63,698 nucleotides of DNA, taken from the NCBI GenBank assembly GCA_943704425.1, contig CALSCP010001704.1, forward strand, positions 1 through 63,698, given 5' to 3'. The notes beneath the pieces are model-generated. The model did no database searches, had not been told where the DNA came from, and saw nothing but the letters and a program-made list of their open reading frames with translations. Origin of the DNA: Ministeria vibrans ATCC 50519. Taxonomy: Eukaryota; Protista; Filasterea. Within the stretch, counting starts at the first letter, position 1. Each line of letters starts with the position of its first letter. Below are positions 31,234 through 43,800 of the stretch, piece after piece. The translations under genes were made by a program, and so were the position numbers.

Positions 31234-31257
31234 AAACTTGTCACAGAGTCAAACAAA
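31234..31257. promoter_or_regulatory. Candidate core-promoter motif in the CTC1/CCT2 bidirectional promoter
   Basis: Second copy of the motif at 22991-23014. Confidence 0.35.
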
Positions 31258-31286
31258 TTTCCAACGACGTCTCTTGAGCAAAAAGA

Positions 31287-33057
31287 ATGAACGTGTTGTC
31301 ACAGAATGCACATGAGGAGCGTGGCGAGGAAGCTAGACTTGTAAGTGAGGGGAAAGCTTTTTTCCACACGTGTTGGGCTCGTTGACCTGCCACTGGCACC
31401 CACCGATCCTTCGCGAACCCCGTCCATGGTGACGCTGTGTCTCGGTGTGCCTGCCCCGTCTGCTTTCACTGCCTCCCCGACCCCAATGCCTCTACCAGCC
31501 CACACCCATCGATGCGTCTTCGTCACTCGAGAGAGTTCCAAAGTTTTAAACAAATTAAAGTCAACATGAGAATTAGAGACAAGAAAGTCANNNNNNNNNN
31601 GTTCCAAAGTTTTTTTTTTTTGTTCTTTTTTTTTTTTTATTGACGCTTTGCCTTGTCTTTCCTCCGCCAGTCGTCGTTTACGGGCGCCATCGCAGTGGGT
31701 GATCTGGTGAAGAGCACTCTTGGGCCCAAGGGCATGGACAAGATTCTGCAGACAGCTCAAGGCAGTAAGGAAAGAGAGAGAGAGAGCAGAGAGAGCAGAG
31801 AAGATGGATGTGTCACGATTATTTTGAAAGAATGATCATTCCCTTGTTGTGTCGCCATGCTTGCGGTTGGTTGTGTGTCGTGGTGCACTACGCAAGTGCT
31901 GCGTGTGCAAAAAGCACCGCTTGTGAGTGCGAAGAGGAGTGCGCTGACGCGGTTTTGTTTCACGCCGTAGGCATCCAAGTGACCAACGACGGCGCGACCA
32001 TTCTGTCGTGTATTGGCATTGATAACCCCGCAGCAAAGATTCTTGTGGACATTTCCAAGGTTCAGGATGCCGAGGTTGGTGACGGCACCACCAGTGTGTG
32101 TGTGCTTGCGGCCGAGCTCTTGCGTGAGTCTGAGAAGCTTGTCAATCAGAAGATCCACCCACAGACGGTACGTAGTAGAGTAGGTTTGCTGTCGCACGAG
32201 CACACGCTCATACATACATGTATATTTCACACCGATGTAGATCATCTCGGGATTCCGCAAGGCATTGGAGGTGGCGCGCACTGCGCTGACGTCGTCGGCG
32301 ACGGACAATGGCGCAGACCCCGAGAAGTTTCGAGAGGATCTCCTCAACCTTGCCTGCACCACTCTCAGCTCTAAGATTCTCGTTCACAACAAGGTACGCA
32401 ATGAAGCGTTGCCGCCCCGTCTTTTTTTTTCTGAATTCACCTTTTCGGTATGTTTTCCTTGTTTATATAGCTGTACTTTGCGAATCTGGCAGTGGACGCA
32501 GTGGTGCGTCTGAAGGGCTCGACTGCGCTGGACCACATCAAGATCATCAAGATCTCGGGCGGGACACTGGCAGACTCGTACCTGGCAAAGGGTTTTATTC
32601 TGGACAAGAGCATTGGCACGAACCAGCCGAAGCGCATGGAAAAGGCCAAGATTATGGTTGCAAACTCCCCTATGGACACAGACAAGATCAAGGTCCGTCT
32701 CATTTTGTTGTTTTCCAATTCAAAATGTCTCACTCTCATTTGTGTAGATCTTTGGCTCGCGTGTGCGCGTTGAGTCGACGGCCAAGGTGGCTGAGATTGA
32801 GGCGGCGGAGAAGGACAAGATGAAGGACAAGGTCGACAAGATTCTGTCGAGCGGCTGCAACGTCTTCATCAACCGTCAGCTGGTGTACGACTGGCCTCAG
32901 GCGCTCTTTGCCAATGCAGGCGTAAGTTGCACTACTCTGTACATGCGTCGATACTCACTCGTTTTGGGCGGGTTTTTTTGTTTTACTTAGGTCATGGTCA
33001 TTGAGCATGCTGACTTTGACAACACTGAACGGTAACAACAACAACAACAACAACAAC

Positions 33058-33100
<43 letters not shown>

Positions 33101-33921
33101 TTCATGATTTTCTGACGGGGGAGGGTTTTTTTTCTACAGTCTGTCGCTTGTGACCGGCGCTGAGATTTGCTCGGCGTTTGACGAGGCGCCGTCCATCAAG
33201 CTGGGCCAGTGTGATCTTGTCGAGGAGATTATGATTGGCGAGGAGCAGTTCATCCAGTTTTCGGGGTGTGCAGCTGGCGAGGCCTGCACCGTCGTCCTGC
33301 GTGGCGCAACCAAGCAGATTCTCGATGAGGGTATGTGCACTCACAGGTATTATTATTATTGTGTATTTATGTTATTTTTTGTAGCTGAGCGATCGCTGCA
33401 CGACGCACTCTGTGTGCTGTCGCAGACAGTAAAAGAGACGCGCACGCTGCTCGGCGGCGGATGCACGGAGATGAGCATGGCGACAGCTGTCGATGATCTG
33501 GCCAAGAAGACGCCCGGCAAGGAGGCCCTTGCCATTGAGGGCTTTGCCCGTGCCCTGCGCGCCCTCCCGACTGCCATTGCCGACAATGCCGGTCTTGACT
33601 CTGCCGAACTCGTCTCCCAGCTGCGCGCTGCTCACGTGTCGGGCAACAAGACTGCCGGCATTGGTACGAACACTTTTTTTTTTCCTTCTTTCTCTCCATC
33701 TCTCTCTCTAATTTTGTTTCTTTTTTATTTTTCATGTTGATTTGTATGCAGACTTCAAGACGGGCACCATTGGTGACATGTCTGCGCTCAAAATCACCGA
33801 GTCATTCAAGGTGAAGCACTCGATGGTGTGTGCTGCTGGCGAGGCCGCCGAGATGATCCTGCGCGTCGACGACATTCTCCACAGCGCCCCGCGTGAGCGT
33901 GCGCAGGGCCATCAGCATTAG
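31287..33921 (+). CDS. CCT2: Chaperonin CCT/TRiC beta subunit
   Basis: EERGEEARL|[50 protein letters not shown]|[26 protein letters not shown] and [11 protein letters not shown]. Stop TAG at 33919-33921. Confidence 0.97.
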
Positions 33922-34085
33922 AGAGCCACCGAACCAAGATGAAGAATAAAAACAAGTTCCATTTCTTTCAAATTTCTCTTGTTCTTGTTTACTCATCAAA
34001 CCATTCAACATATTTGCATTCACGCTTGATCGATCAGCGAAAGCCAAAATAAAATAAAAACAAAAATATTTTTTTTAAAAGTGGG

Positions 34086-34971
34086 ATGAGCTTGAAATTG
34101 CAACCAGGAGTCGCTGTGGTGCTGGGTGCACAGTGGGGCGACGAGGGAAAGGGAAAGTTGATCGATCTACTGGCTGCTGATGCGGACTGTGTGTGTCGCT
34201 GTCAGGTGAACACACTCTGTCAGCGCTCTCTCATGCTCATCCTCTCTCCTTCTCTCTCCTGCTTTCTTAGGGCGGCAACAACGCAGGCCACACCATTGTG
34301 GTGGGGTCGGTCAAGTACGATTTCCATCTGCTTCCCTCGGGGATCATCAACAAAAGCGTACGGTGTGTGTGTGTGTGTGTGTGTGGCCTTGCATGCGCTT
34401 TGTCTCGCCACCCTGCTCCCCTCGCCTTCGTCCAGCCTCCCTTTGACCCACCAACCCACACACACACACATTGGTGTGCCAATGCGACCGTGGCGTACCG
34501 GTGGCGACAGCAGCGAGTCTCATCAAACTCATCCCATGCAAGATGGATGATCGGGGGCGAGACTGTTTTAGAAACCCCATTGCCTCACTCGCACAAAGCA
34601 CAAAGAGACCTCTGCCTCGCCTCTGCTCGATCGCAGTAGCACACGGATGTGTTTCAACTCCTCTGCCCTGTCCACTTTCAAAGACGACCTCATTTTCTTA
34701 CAGTCTGTCGTTTCGTTTTTTTTTTGTTTTTTTTTTTGTTTTTTCACCTTTTTATTTAGTGTTCGAATGTGATTGGAAATGGAGTTGTGATCCACTTACC
34801 GGGACTATTTGACGAGATTGAGAAGAACGCAGCGCGCGGGGGCATGGACGACTGGAGTGAGCGACTGCGTGTGAGCGACCGCGCTCACCTGGTGTTTGAT
34901 ATGCATCAGAGCATCGATGGAGTGCAGGAGTCGAGAAAGGGCGCCAACAAGTATTATTATTATTACTATTG

Positions 34972-35002
<31 letters not shown>

Positions 35003-35862
35003 GCATTATGCATTAAGACGTTTTAAGTATATCTGTCCTGTCTGTCTGTTTGTTTCTTTTGTTTTCACTTTTCTTGTCCTTCCTTTGTTTCTTTCTTTCT
35101 ACTCTCACTGTCTATTTCATACTCTATCACTTTGTTTCTCTCTCTGACTCTCTCTATCACTTTGTTTCTTTCCCCCCTTCTCTTTCAAAACACCTGTGTA
35201 GATTGGGCACGACGAAGCGCGGGATTGGTCCGGCGTACATGAGCAAAGTGTCGCGGACGGGCATTCGCGTGCATCACCTTGTGAACGACTTTGACGACTT
35301 TCAAGAACGCTTTCTCAAGCTTGTGGGTGACGCACGAGGCCATTATGGGGACGCCATTGAAATTGACACGGACGCCGAGCTCGCGCGCTATCGCGAGTTT
35401 GCCGAGAAGCTTCGGCCGCTGGTGGTGGATACACTGCCATTTGTGCACGGACAGTGGCAGAGCGGCAAGCGCATTCTCATTGAGGGTGCCAACGCTACGA
35501 TGCTCGACATTGACTTTGGCACCTACCCCTATGTGACGTCGTCGAACTGCACCGTTGGTGGGGTGTGCACGGGTCTGGGACTGCCCCCTCGCGCCATCAG
35601 CAATGTCTATGGCGTTGTCAAGGCGTACACGACGCGCGTCGGCACAGGCGCTTTCCCCACCGAGCTGCTGGACGAAACGGGCACGCGCCTGCAGGACATT
35701 GGCGCGGAATTTGGTACGACGACGGGTCGACGCAGGCGGTGTGGCTGGCTTGACATGGTTGTCGTCAAGTTTGCTCAGCTTATCAATGGCATTGATTAGT
35801 ACGCTGCAAAATTCGTTGTATTTTTCACCCATTATTAGTATTTGACACGGTTGCATCTTTTT

Positions 35863-35913
<51 letters not shown>

Positions 35914-36283
35914 NNNNNNNNNNAGCATCTTGTCTGTCACTTCGTGTGCAATGTCTCCGACAAAATTCTACGTTTGTAGCATTGCACTGACGAAACTCGA
36001 TGTGCTGGACACATTTGAGGAAGTCAAGATCTGCGTGGGGTACGAGCTGGACGGCAAGGCATTGGAAGGGATGCCGGCCGACGAGGCGGTGCTTGCGCGC
36101 GTAACGCCTGTCTACGAGACCCTGCCGGGCTGGCAGACGCCGACGACCGAGGTGCGCTCCTGGGCGGCCCTCCCCGAGAACGCTCGCCGCTACATCGATG
36201 CAATTGAGCGTCATGGTATCCTGGTTGGCTGGGTTGGTGTGGGGCCGTCGCGTGACGCAATGGTTCCGAGAGAGTCGAAGTAA
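34086..36283 (+). CDS. ADSS: Adenylosuccinate synthetase
   Basis: [83 protein letters not shown] and LTKLDVLD. Confidence 0.97.
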
Positions 36284-36558
36284 AGTAAACATACGATCTT
36301 GCATGGTGATTTTCTACTCTGATTCTTCTCTTACTCTCATGGGTGTACCTGTGGGTCTGTGGGCTTCTTTCAGGACATTCTCGTCTAGAACTTAGAAGTC
36401 TAAGTATTGTGCTGCTCTATATATATATAATATAGTCTTGTTTTGACAGGAGATATTTTTGAGATTATATTTCCAATCAATAGTAAAGTAATAAAAGTAT
36501 AGTTAATAGTAATACTTCGATATTTCAATTTGTTGTTCATCGCCTGTGGAGTATTACA

Positions 36559-38768
36559 ATGGTACGCAGGGTGTGGGTAGTGCGTGAGGATTGCGTTTGC
36601 GCGTGCCTTCTGCGCTTGGCTCATAAAAAACGAGTCATTTGTCTCTTCGCTCATCCGCTTTGAACGCCGACGCCCCTTATGCTTGCAGGATTCCGAGTTG
36701 ATTCAACAGAGTCTGCTGAACGTGCTGGATAAAGGAGGAAAGGTACTATTTTGTGTGTGAGAGAGAGAGAGAGAGTCAAAACGAGAGAGAGAATTTCTCA
36801 TGCGTTTTTTTTGGGCTGCTGTTCTCCCCTCACACGCGCACTCTCTGCTCCAGATCCACACCCTCGACTATGCGACGGAAATGAAGGTTGAGCATCAAGC
36901 GGTGGTGGGCGCAATGAAGAGTCTTCAGTCTCTTGACGTAAGATTGATTTCCACACGAGATTGAAATTTTTTTGGTGGTCTGAGTGTATTTTTTAGTACG
37001 TCGAGAGCGAACGTTTCGAACTGCAAAAGTGGGTACCCACCGAAGAGGGTGTGCAGATTGCGGCGTCTGGCTCGCATGAGGCGTTGGTGTTCCAGGCGCT
37101 GCCTGAAACGGGTGTGATGGCACAGGGTGAGCTGATGGAGGTGTGTGGCAAGGCGACGTACGCCGTGGGCTTTTCCAAGGCCATGAAGAACAAGTGGGTC
37201 AAGACGGAGAAGCGCGATGGCACTACGTACATCGTGAGAGTGGTGGATAGCATTACGGACACAGTGGCGCAACTGTTGAGGAGTCTGACGGCGGGCGAGA
37301 CAGTCAACGAAGCCGACCTCAAAGAGCTCAAGTCTCGCAAGCTGGTGTTGTCCACGTAAGTGTACCCGCTGACAACATAACAAGCACCCAAGATATAAAC
37401 TCGGTCTTCTTCCCGGCATACAATTACTAATTTGTTTGTTTGTGTGTGTTTCTTAATTTTTTTAAACTCCCCCCCTCTCAGTGTCACTGTCCACTACACA
37501 ATTTGCAAAGGAGCGAAATTCTCAACGACGATTGTGCGACCCGAGTCTGAGTTGACAGCTGAGATGATCCAGTCGGGGTCGTGGGAGACACTGGACTTTA
37601 AGCAGTACAACTTTACTGCGTTGGGAACCAAGCCGGCGTACGGCACGCTCCACCCGCTCATGAAGGTCCGCAGCGAGATCCGTGCTGTCTTTCTTGAAAT
37701 GGGGTATGTAACGAACACGAACGATTTCAATATTTTTATCATAATGTTTTCTTTTGTGTCGTAGCTTTTGTGAAATGCCAACGAATCAGTATGTTGAGAA
37801 TGGTTTTTGGAACTTCGACTCGCTGTTCCAGCCGCAGCAGCACCCCGCGCGCGACGCACACGACACATTCTTTGTGTCTGACCCACAGATGTCTCAGGTG
37901 CACAATATGTGTTATATTACTGTGGAGGTATGAATGTCTACTTTGCGACTGACTGTGTGTGTGTGTGTGTGGCATAGAATCTGCCTGAGGAGTATCTGGC
38001 GCGCGTCAAGGCAACGCACGAGAACGGCGGTACGACAGGTTCGATTGGTTATGAGTACCAGTGGGAGCGGGCCGAGGCCGAGAAGAACATCCTGCGCACA
38101 CACACAACTGCTGTCAGCGCACGCATGCTCTACAAGATTGCCCAGAAATCTCCCTTCGTGCCCACCAAGCTCTTCTCGATCGACAAGGTCTTCCGTAATG
38201 AGACGCTCGACGCAACTCATTTAGCCGTACGTGTCATTGTGTGAATGTATAATATATATATGTGTGTGTAAAGGTGTGAGCATGGTTGTCAATATGACTT
38301 TAGTTTTTCTATCGCTCATTGTTTTTTTTATTTATATATATATTATAACCTTTCTCTCACACACATACACTCTCACGCTTGTAGGAGTTCTTCCAAGTCG
38401 AAGGTGTTGTTGCCGATTACAATCTGACTCTCGGTCACCTCATCGGCGTCCTCAAGGAGTTCTTTGCCCGCATTGGTACCTTACAAACAGGCGCTCACAA
38501 GAGACACAACAACCCTTCACCCATGGCCCTTTTTCATTTGCTTGCAGGCATCACTGGGCTCAAGTTCAAGCCAGCGTATAATCCGTACACTGAGCCGTCC
38601 ATGGAGATCTTTGGCTACCACCCGACGCTCAAGAGGTGCGCAACAATGGATCTGTCACAAACGGCTCACTATTTTCGTTTTGTTTCACTTTGTTTCACTT
38701 TCCCTCTGTGCTTCTCTCTCATTTTGTTTCTTTCTCTCTATCTCTCTATCACTTTGTTTCTTTCTCCC

Positions 38769-38852
<84 letters not shown>

Positions 38853-39122
38853 CTATCACTTTGTTTCTTTCTCCCTCCCTCCTCTCTCTCTCTCCCTAGA
38901 CACGTTGAATTGGGCAACAGCGGCGTGTTCCGTCCTGAGATGCTGCTGCCGATGGGCCTGCCCGCCGACGTCACTGTCATTGCCTGGGGCCTCAGTCTCG
39001 AGCGACCCACCATGATCAAGTACCGCTATGGCAACATCAGAGAGCTGGTCGGTTACGGGTTTGATCTCAAAATGTCCATGGACCATCCCATCGTGCGCCT
39101 GAAAGAAGATGAAGACGAGTAA
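36559..39122 (+). CDS. FARSA: Phenylalanyl-tRNA synthetase alpha subunit (cytosolic)
   Basis: ATG-only first exon. Motifs [83 protein letters not shown]|[34 protein letters not shown] and [12 protein letters not shown]. Confidence 0.97.
38774..38848. repeat. (CT)n microsatellite in FARSA intron
   Basis: Read directly. Confidence 0.9.
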
Positions 39123-39544
39123 AGCAAAATAATTAAATCTTTTAAAAAATATTATTATTATTATAGAATAAATAATATGAATTTTCTGCCTTCCTGTCTG
39201 TGCACACCCTTCCATGCAGGTGACACACCTCACACCTGTCACACCATGGCCTACGCCAGTCGTTTTAAGCTTTGTGTCCTGATCATTATGAAACGATCGA
39301 AAAAGTTCGTCAATGCGCGACACCACAATGCTCAGAACCACTTTGGCACTTTCTATGAGACAGGAGCGTTGAAAAAAAGAGAGAGAGAAAGCCAGAGTAC
39401 ATATGAGTCGGCGACAGCTCAAGTGCGATGAATCGAAAAAAATATTCCCTTATTCTTATGTTTTTTTTTTTGATCTTCAATTTACAATTTCAGAAATCAG
39501 AATTTTTCTCCTAATCCTCAACCAAACACATACCACATATCATA

Positions 39545-40545
39545 ATGAGCGGAAAGCCCGATGTTGCTGCAGTTGCCTCTTTCGACAAGACCAAGTTGAA
39601 GGTACAGAGAAAAAAAAACGAAAAAAAAAAAAGCGAACGTCTTTGTCAGAAGCCTATTTAACACATCTCTGCTTGCGTCCTTGTAGAAGACCGAGACCAA
39701 GGAGAAGAACACTCTTCCCACTAAGGCCGGTAAGAACCGAGAGATGATGATGATTTTTTTTTTTTTTTTTCGTTTGTTGTTTGTCGTCACCAACATCCCT
39801 TCCGTGTTTGCCATGAATCGCTCCATCGTACGCGTCGCTTTTGCGCTCCAGGCGTGCCCTGGCATGTCTTGAACACATCATGTGGACGAGCACCTTGAAA
39901 ATCGCCGTCGCTAGTGGCGATCGCACGTGTTGAACGTTGAGAAAAAAAAAATCAAAGAAAAAAATCTTGGCGTCCTTTGGGCACAGACCAAAACACAGAG
40001 CATTCCGTGGCGTCGTGTGCTGCTTCATCGCGCCATTGCATCCATCGGCACCGTCTGGTGGGCAGGCGTTGCCGCGGGATCCACACCTCAACCGCAGTTG
40101 CTGCAATGTTTGCTTTTGTGCTTTTTGTCGTCAAAGAAAAAAAATCTCTCTCTTCCGTGATTCATCTCGCTGCTTCGCTGCAATTCTCGCCAAAGACACA
40201 CCTTGTGTGTGTCTGTTTGGATTGGCACGCGAGCGTCAGTCGTCACTGCTATCTGATGACGTTTACACTTGCAAAAAAAAAAAAAAAAGTCGCCAGTTTT
40301 TCCAGAAAAAAAACCACCAACTTTTCTTGACAACAATAGTATTGCTCTTGTTTGCGCACATAAACGTGCATGTTCCTCTCCTGCGTCCCCTGGCGTCACT
40401 TTCGTGTGAAGAGGGCGGTTTATCCTGACATTTGTTATTTCTGCCCTTATCTTATCTCTGTGTTGTATTTTCAAAATCTCACTACTTGTTTCTCTCTTCT
40501 CTTTTCCACGATGCAGATATCGCCGCCGAGAAGAGCTCGAAGTAA
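39545..40545 (+). CDS. TMSB: Monomeric beta-thymosin (42 aa)
   Basis: Exons 39545-39601, 39687-39729 and 40517-40545 give [42 protein letters not shown]. This has the canonical FDKxKLKKTET actin-binding motif and KNxLP. Junctions are GT-AG and in phase. Confidence 0.93.
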
Positions 40546-40883
40546 ATAGGGAGAAGTGCTTTTTTCCTGTTCTACTTACGTTAAATAAATAAAGATAAAG
40601 ATGAAAACTTTCTAAAACACACACACCACGCATTGCCCTCTATCAGACGCCAATCTTTACCATGCACCATTGACTAGGCTTGAGGGCTGGGCCATTTAGA
40701 GAGGATTTTTTAGAGATTTTTCTTTTTTGTTTTTTTTGTTTTTTGTTCTTCACACACACACAAACCATGCATCGGGTTCTTGTAATGCGTCTCGTACGAA
40801 GATTTGCAGCCATTTGCCGGCGGGCGCTGCGCTGTTGCGAGGCGACACTGTTATGCAAAGAGAATTTGGGAATGTTTACATTT

Positions 40884-43800
40884 TCATACATTTGTCTCTC
40901 GCTCCTCAATCGACATGTCCACAACAGCTTCGCAAGCGTCCCTTTCTGAAAGTGAAGCCACTGAACTGGCGTCGCTTGTGTGAGTAGGAAAGAAGGTTGA
41001 GGTTGTGCCGCAGGGACGACACAGTTCGCGACAGGAAGGGTGACAGGCGAGCTCGCAAGTGACGCACTGGAGGCGCTTGCGCAACAGATTGGTCATGGGT
41101 TGCCGGCAGCCAAGACACAGCGAAGGCACCATCATGCGTGCAGGACGGAACACATGACCGCGGGCATGCACATACTTTTCATCCATCATCGAGCTGGGTC
41201 GACCTTGCAACAGTGCGCTCCGACGCCTCTGCGTCCTGCCCCCTCGTTGCTCTTCCTGCTCCTGTTGGTGATGTTGATGTGGTTGTTGTTGTGACTGTGA
41301 TTGCTGCGGTTGCGGTTGTTGTTGTTGTTGTTGTTGTTGCGGTTGTTGTTGTTGCCGCTGTTGCTGTCGGTGCTTCTCTTGACGTCGCTGACGGTCTTGT
41401 TGTGTCAGGCCATCTCGCTGGTGTCGCTCTTGCTTGCGACGTGCCTCCATAAATGCCAGAGCCGTCGCGTCAACAATGCGTTTGTCCTTGGCACGTCGTG
41501 CCAAAATGTCGTAGGCGGCAGCAGCAGCCGACGTAGCCGCAAGCGACGCTGGTGCACCGACCAGCCTGTGATTACTTAGGGGTGCCAGTGCAACACGTGT
41601 CGTGAGGGGCAGAACAAGCCGGAGTCGCTGCGATGCAGCGCGGTTCAACTGCGCGGGTGTGAGCACCACATCGCCCAGGAACTGACGACGGCTCAGCGGC
41701 GCCATGGCCGTGGCCGTAGGCACATGCCACACACTAAGTAGCACCACGGGTTCGGACCAAAGCGTCGCCGCAGTCGCACGCGCCGTCTCTCCATCGTACG
41801 ACACAATCGGCAGTGTCGTCGCGCCCTCATCCACATCACACGCTTCTTCTTCTTCTTCTTCTTCTTCTTCTTCTTCCTCCTCTTCTTCTTCTTCTGTATC
41901 ATCTACTGTGTCATCTTCGTGGCTACGCCTATCTCCTCCCCGACGGCGCTTCGATGGAGCAGTCGCCTGGCACTCGTCCACAAGCAACCCTATGCTCTTG
42001 CCGTGTTCCCCGGCGTTCCAGCCAAGCCACTGCTTAAAGACAACTGTACTCCGCTCGCGTTCGTCGTGCTCTACCGTTGTGTTTGCCAACAAATCGTGAC
42101 GCACTCCCGTCTCCATAAATGACGGTTCTCCACACACAGTCACATTGAGCGTTGATGACGACACACCCACAGCAGGTGCAGGCAGTGCGGCTACACCAGC
42201 AGTGCCAAACGTTCCGGTTGTACCAGTGCTCGCCGCGTCGAGCATCAGTACGCCTGCAAGTCCGTAGCACTTGACAATGTGGACACGCACCACCGCTACA
42301 TCGTCTGTTGCTCCCCGTGCTCCTTGTGCCAACACCTCAACATCCAGCGTGAGGGTAGGCACGGCACGCGTCTCCACTTGCGCCGCCAGCTGCTGGCTTG
42401 CCGCAGCACCTTTCTTGGCAAAGCGGCGTCCCACTTCGACACAATACACATGTATCAGTTGGGGTGTTGCCAACGATGCCATGGCAATGCGGCGCTGAAG
42501 AGCCTCGTAGAGACTCGATCGAAGACAATCAAGCGCCAAACCGTCGCCGTCGGAGTGGAAAAACAGCAAAAGATAGTGGACAAGGGCGGCCGCTTTGTCC
42601 GCAAGTCCGTCACGCAGCAGCGACTGCAGCATCAGGCGAACGCTCAACGTCCATAGCGAAAACACCACCGAGTCAAATACACTGTCGTACAGCAGATCCG
42701 ACAGCGCCTGCAAGTGACCATCCAGCATTCCCAACAGCGGCTCCACCAGCTCGCGACCAAGCGCCCCCAACACCCGCGCATTCACCGACGCCACTCGCGC
42801 GGGGTTTCCATCGCCTCGTCCGAACACTAGTCCGCGCAATGGTGACTTGAGTCGTTCCTTGATGGGCGTCCAACGCTTCTTGAGGTTCGTCGGTGTCGCG
42901 TACTGCACACCGCCATTGTGAGGCGACGCGCTGTGCGGCCGTGGAATGCGTGGTCGCGCCTGTGGTGTTCCACCACCACCACCACCGCCACCACCGCCAC
43001 TAGCGACAGATTCAATCCAGCCAGCGGCCGCCTTAAGAGCACCCGCCACTTTGGCGGCCGCCTGTTGCATAGTAATGTGAGCGCCACCCCGTCGAGTGAG
43101 CGGCGGTGGCGTTGCGTCCACAAGTGTGTACATGGTCTCACGACAACTCACAAGCAATAGCGATGCAAGGTGGTGTGTCACACGCCCGCGCGCTCGCTTA
43201 ACACGCTCAATCACAGACACAAGCGTGTCGTGGATGTGTGTGTACATCGGCAGAGCGGGTGCCTCGGCCGACGTGGCACTCACAGGCATGGTCACTTCGC
43301 CAGGGTTGTCGTGACCACTGCTCGAAGTGCCGTCCACTTCGTGGTCGTCGACATTGACATTGACTTTGTCACTGTTGGTGTCGTGGAACAGACGTGCTCG
43401 GGTGCGACTGGCACCCGATCGTGATCGAGACGGTCGCTTCTGTTGGTGTTCGGCATCGCGATTGTTGTCTAGATGTACGTTGACGCGCTTGGCAATGGCC
43501 ACAACGCCTCGGTGTATCTCGCATAGATTGTTTAAGGCGACACAGACAATGCCTAACACGTCGGTGTTTCCGTTGGCGGTCGATAGGCCCTTGTGGTAGG
43601 CACTGCCTACTTCACTACTGCCACCAGCCTCGGTCGTTGTTGCTGGCACCACAGACATCGTACTCCCGCTACGATCACCATTGGCACTGTCCGTGCCCTC
43701 GAGGGTGTCGTTCAAAATATCATCGTCAACTTCACCACCCAGAGTGTCCCCGTCGTCGGGCAAGACGCCTTCGCTGGTGGCGTGCCATTCGCTAAAGGGT

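Noticed and set aside
31535-31613. Direct repeat gttccaaagtttt on either side of the N-gap, resembling a target-site duplication
   Set aside because: More simply a scaffolding overlap artefact at the gap.
34516-34564. Hairpin (agtctc/gagact, tcatcc/ggatga) in the ADSS intron as an H/ACA snoRNA or purine riboswitch
   Set aside because: No ANANNA H box or convincing second hairpin, and no purine-aptamer consensus.
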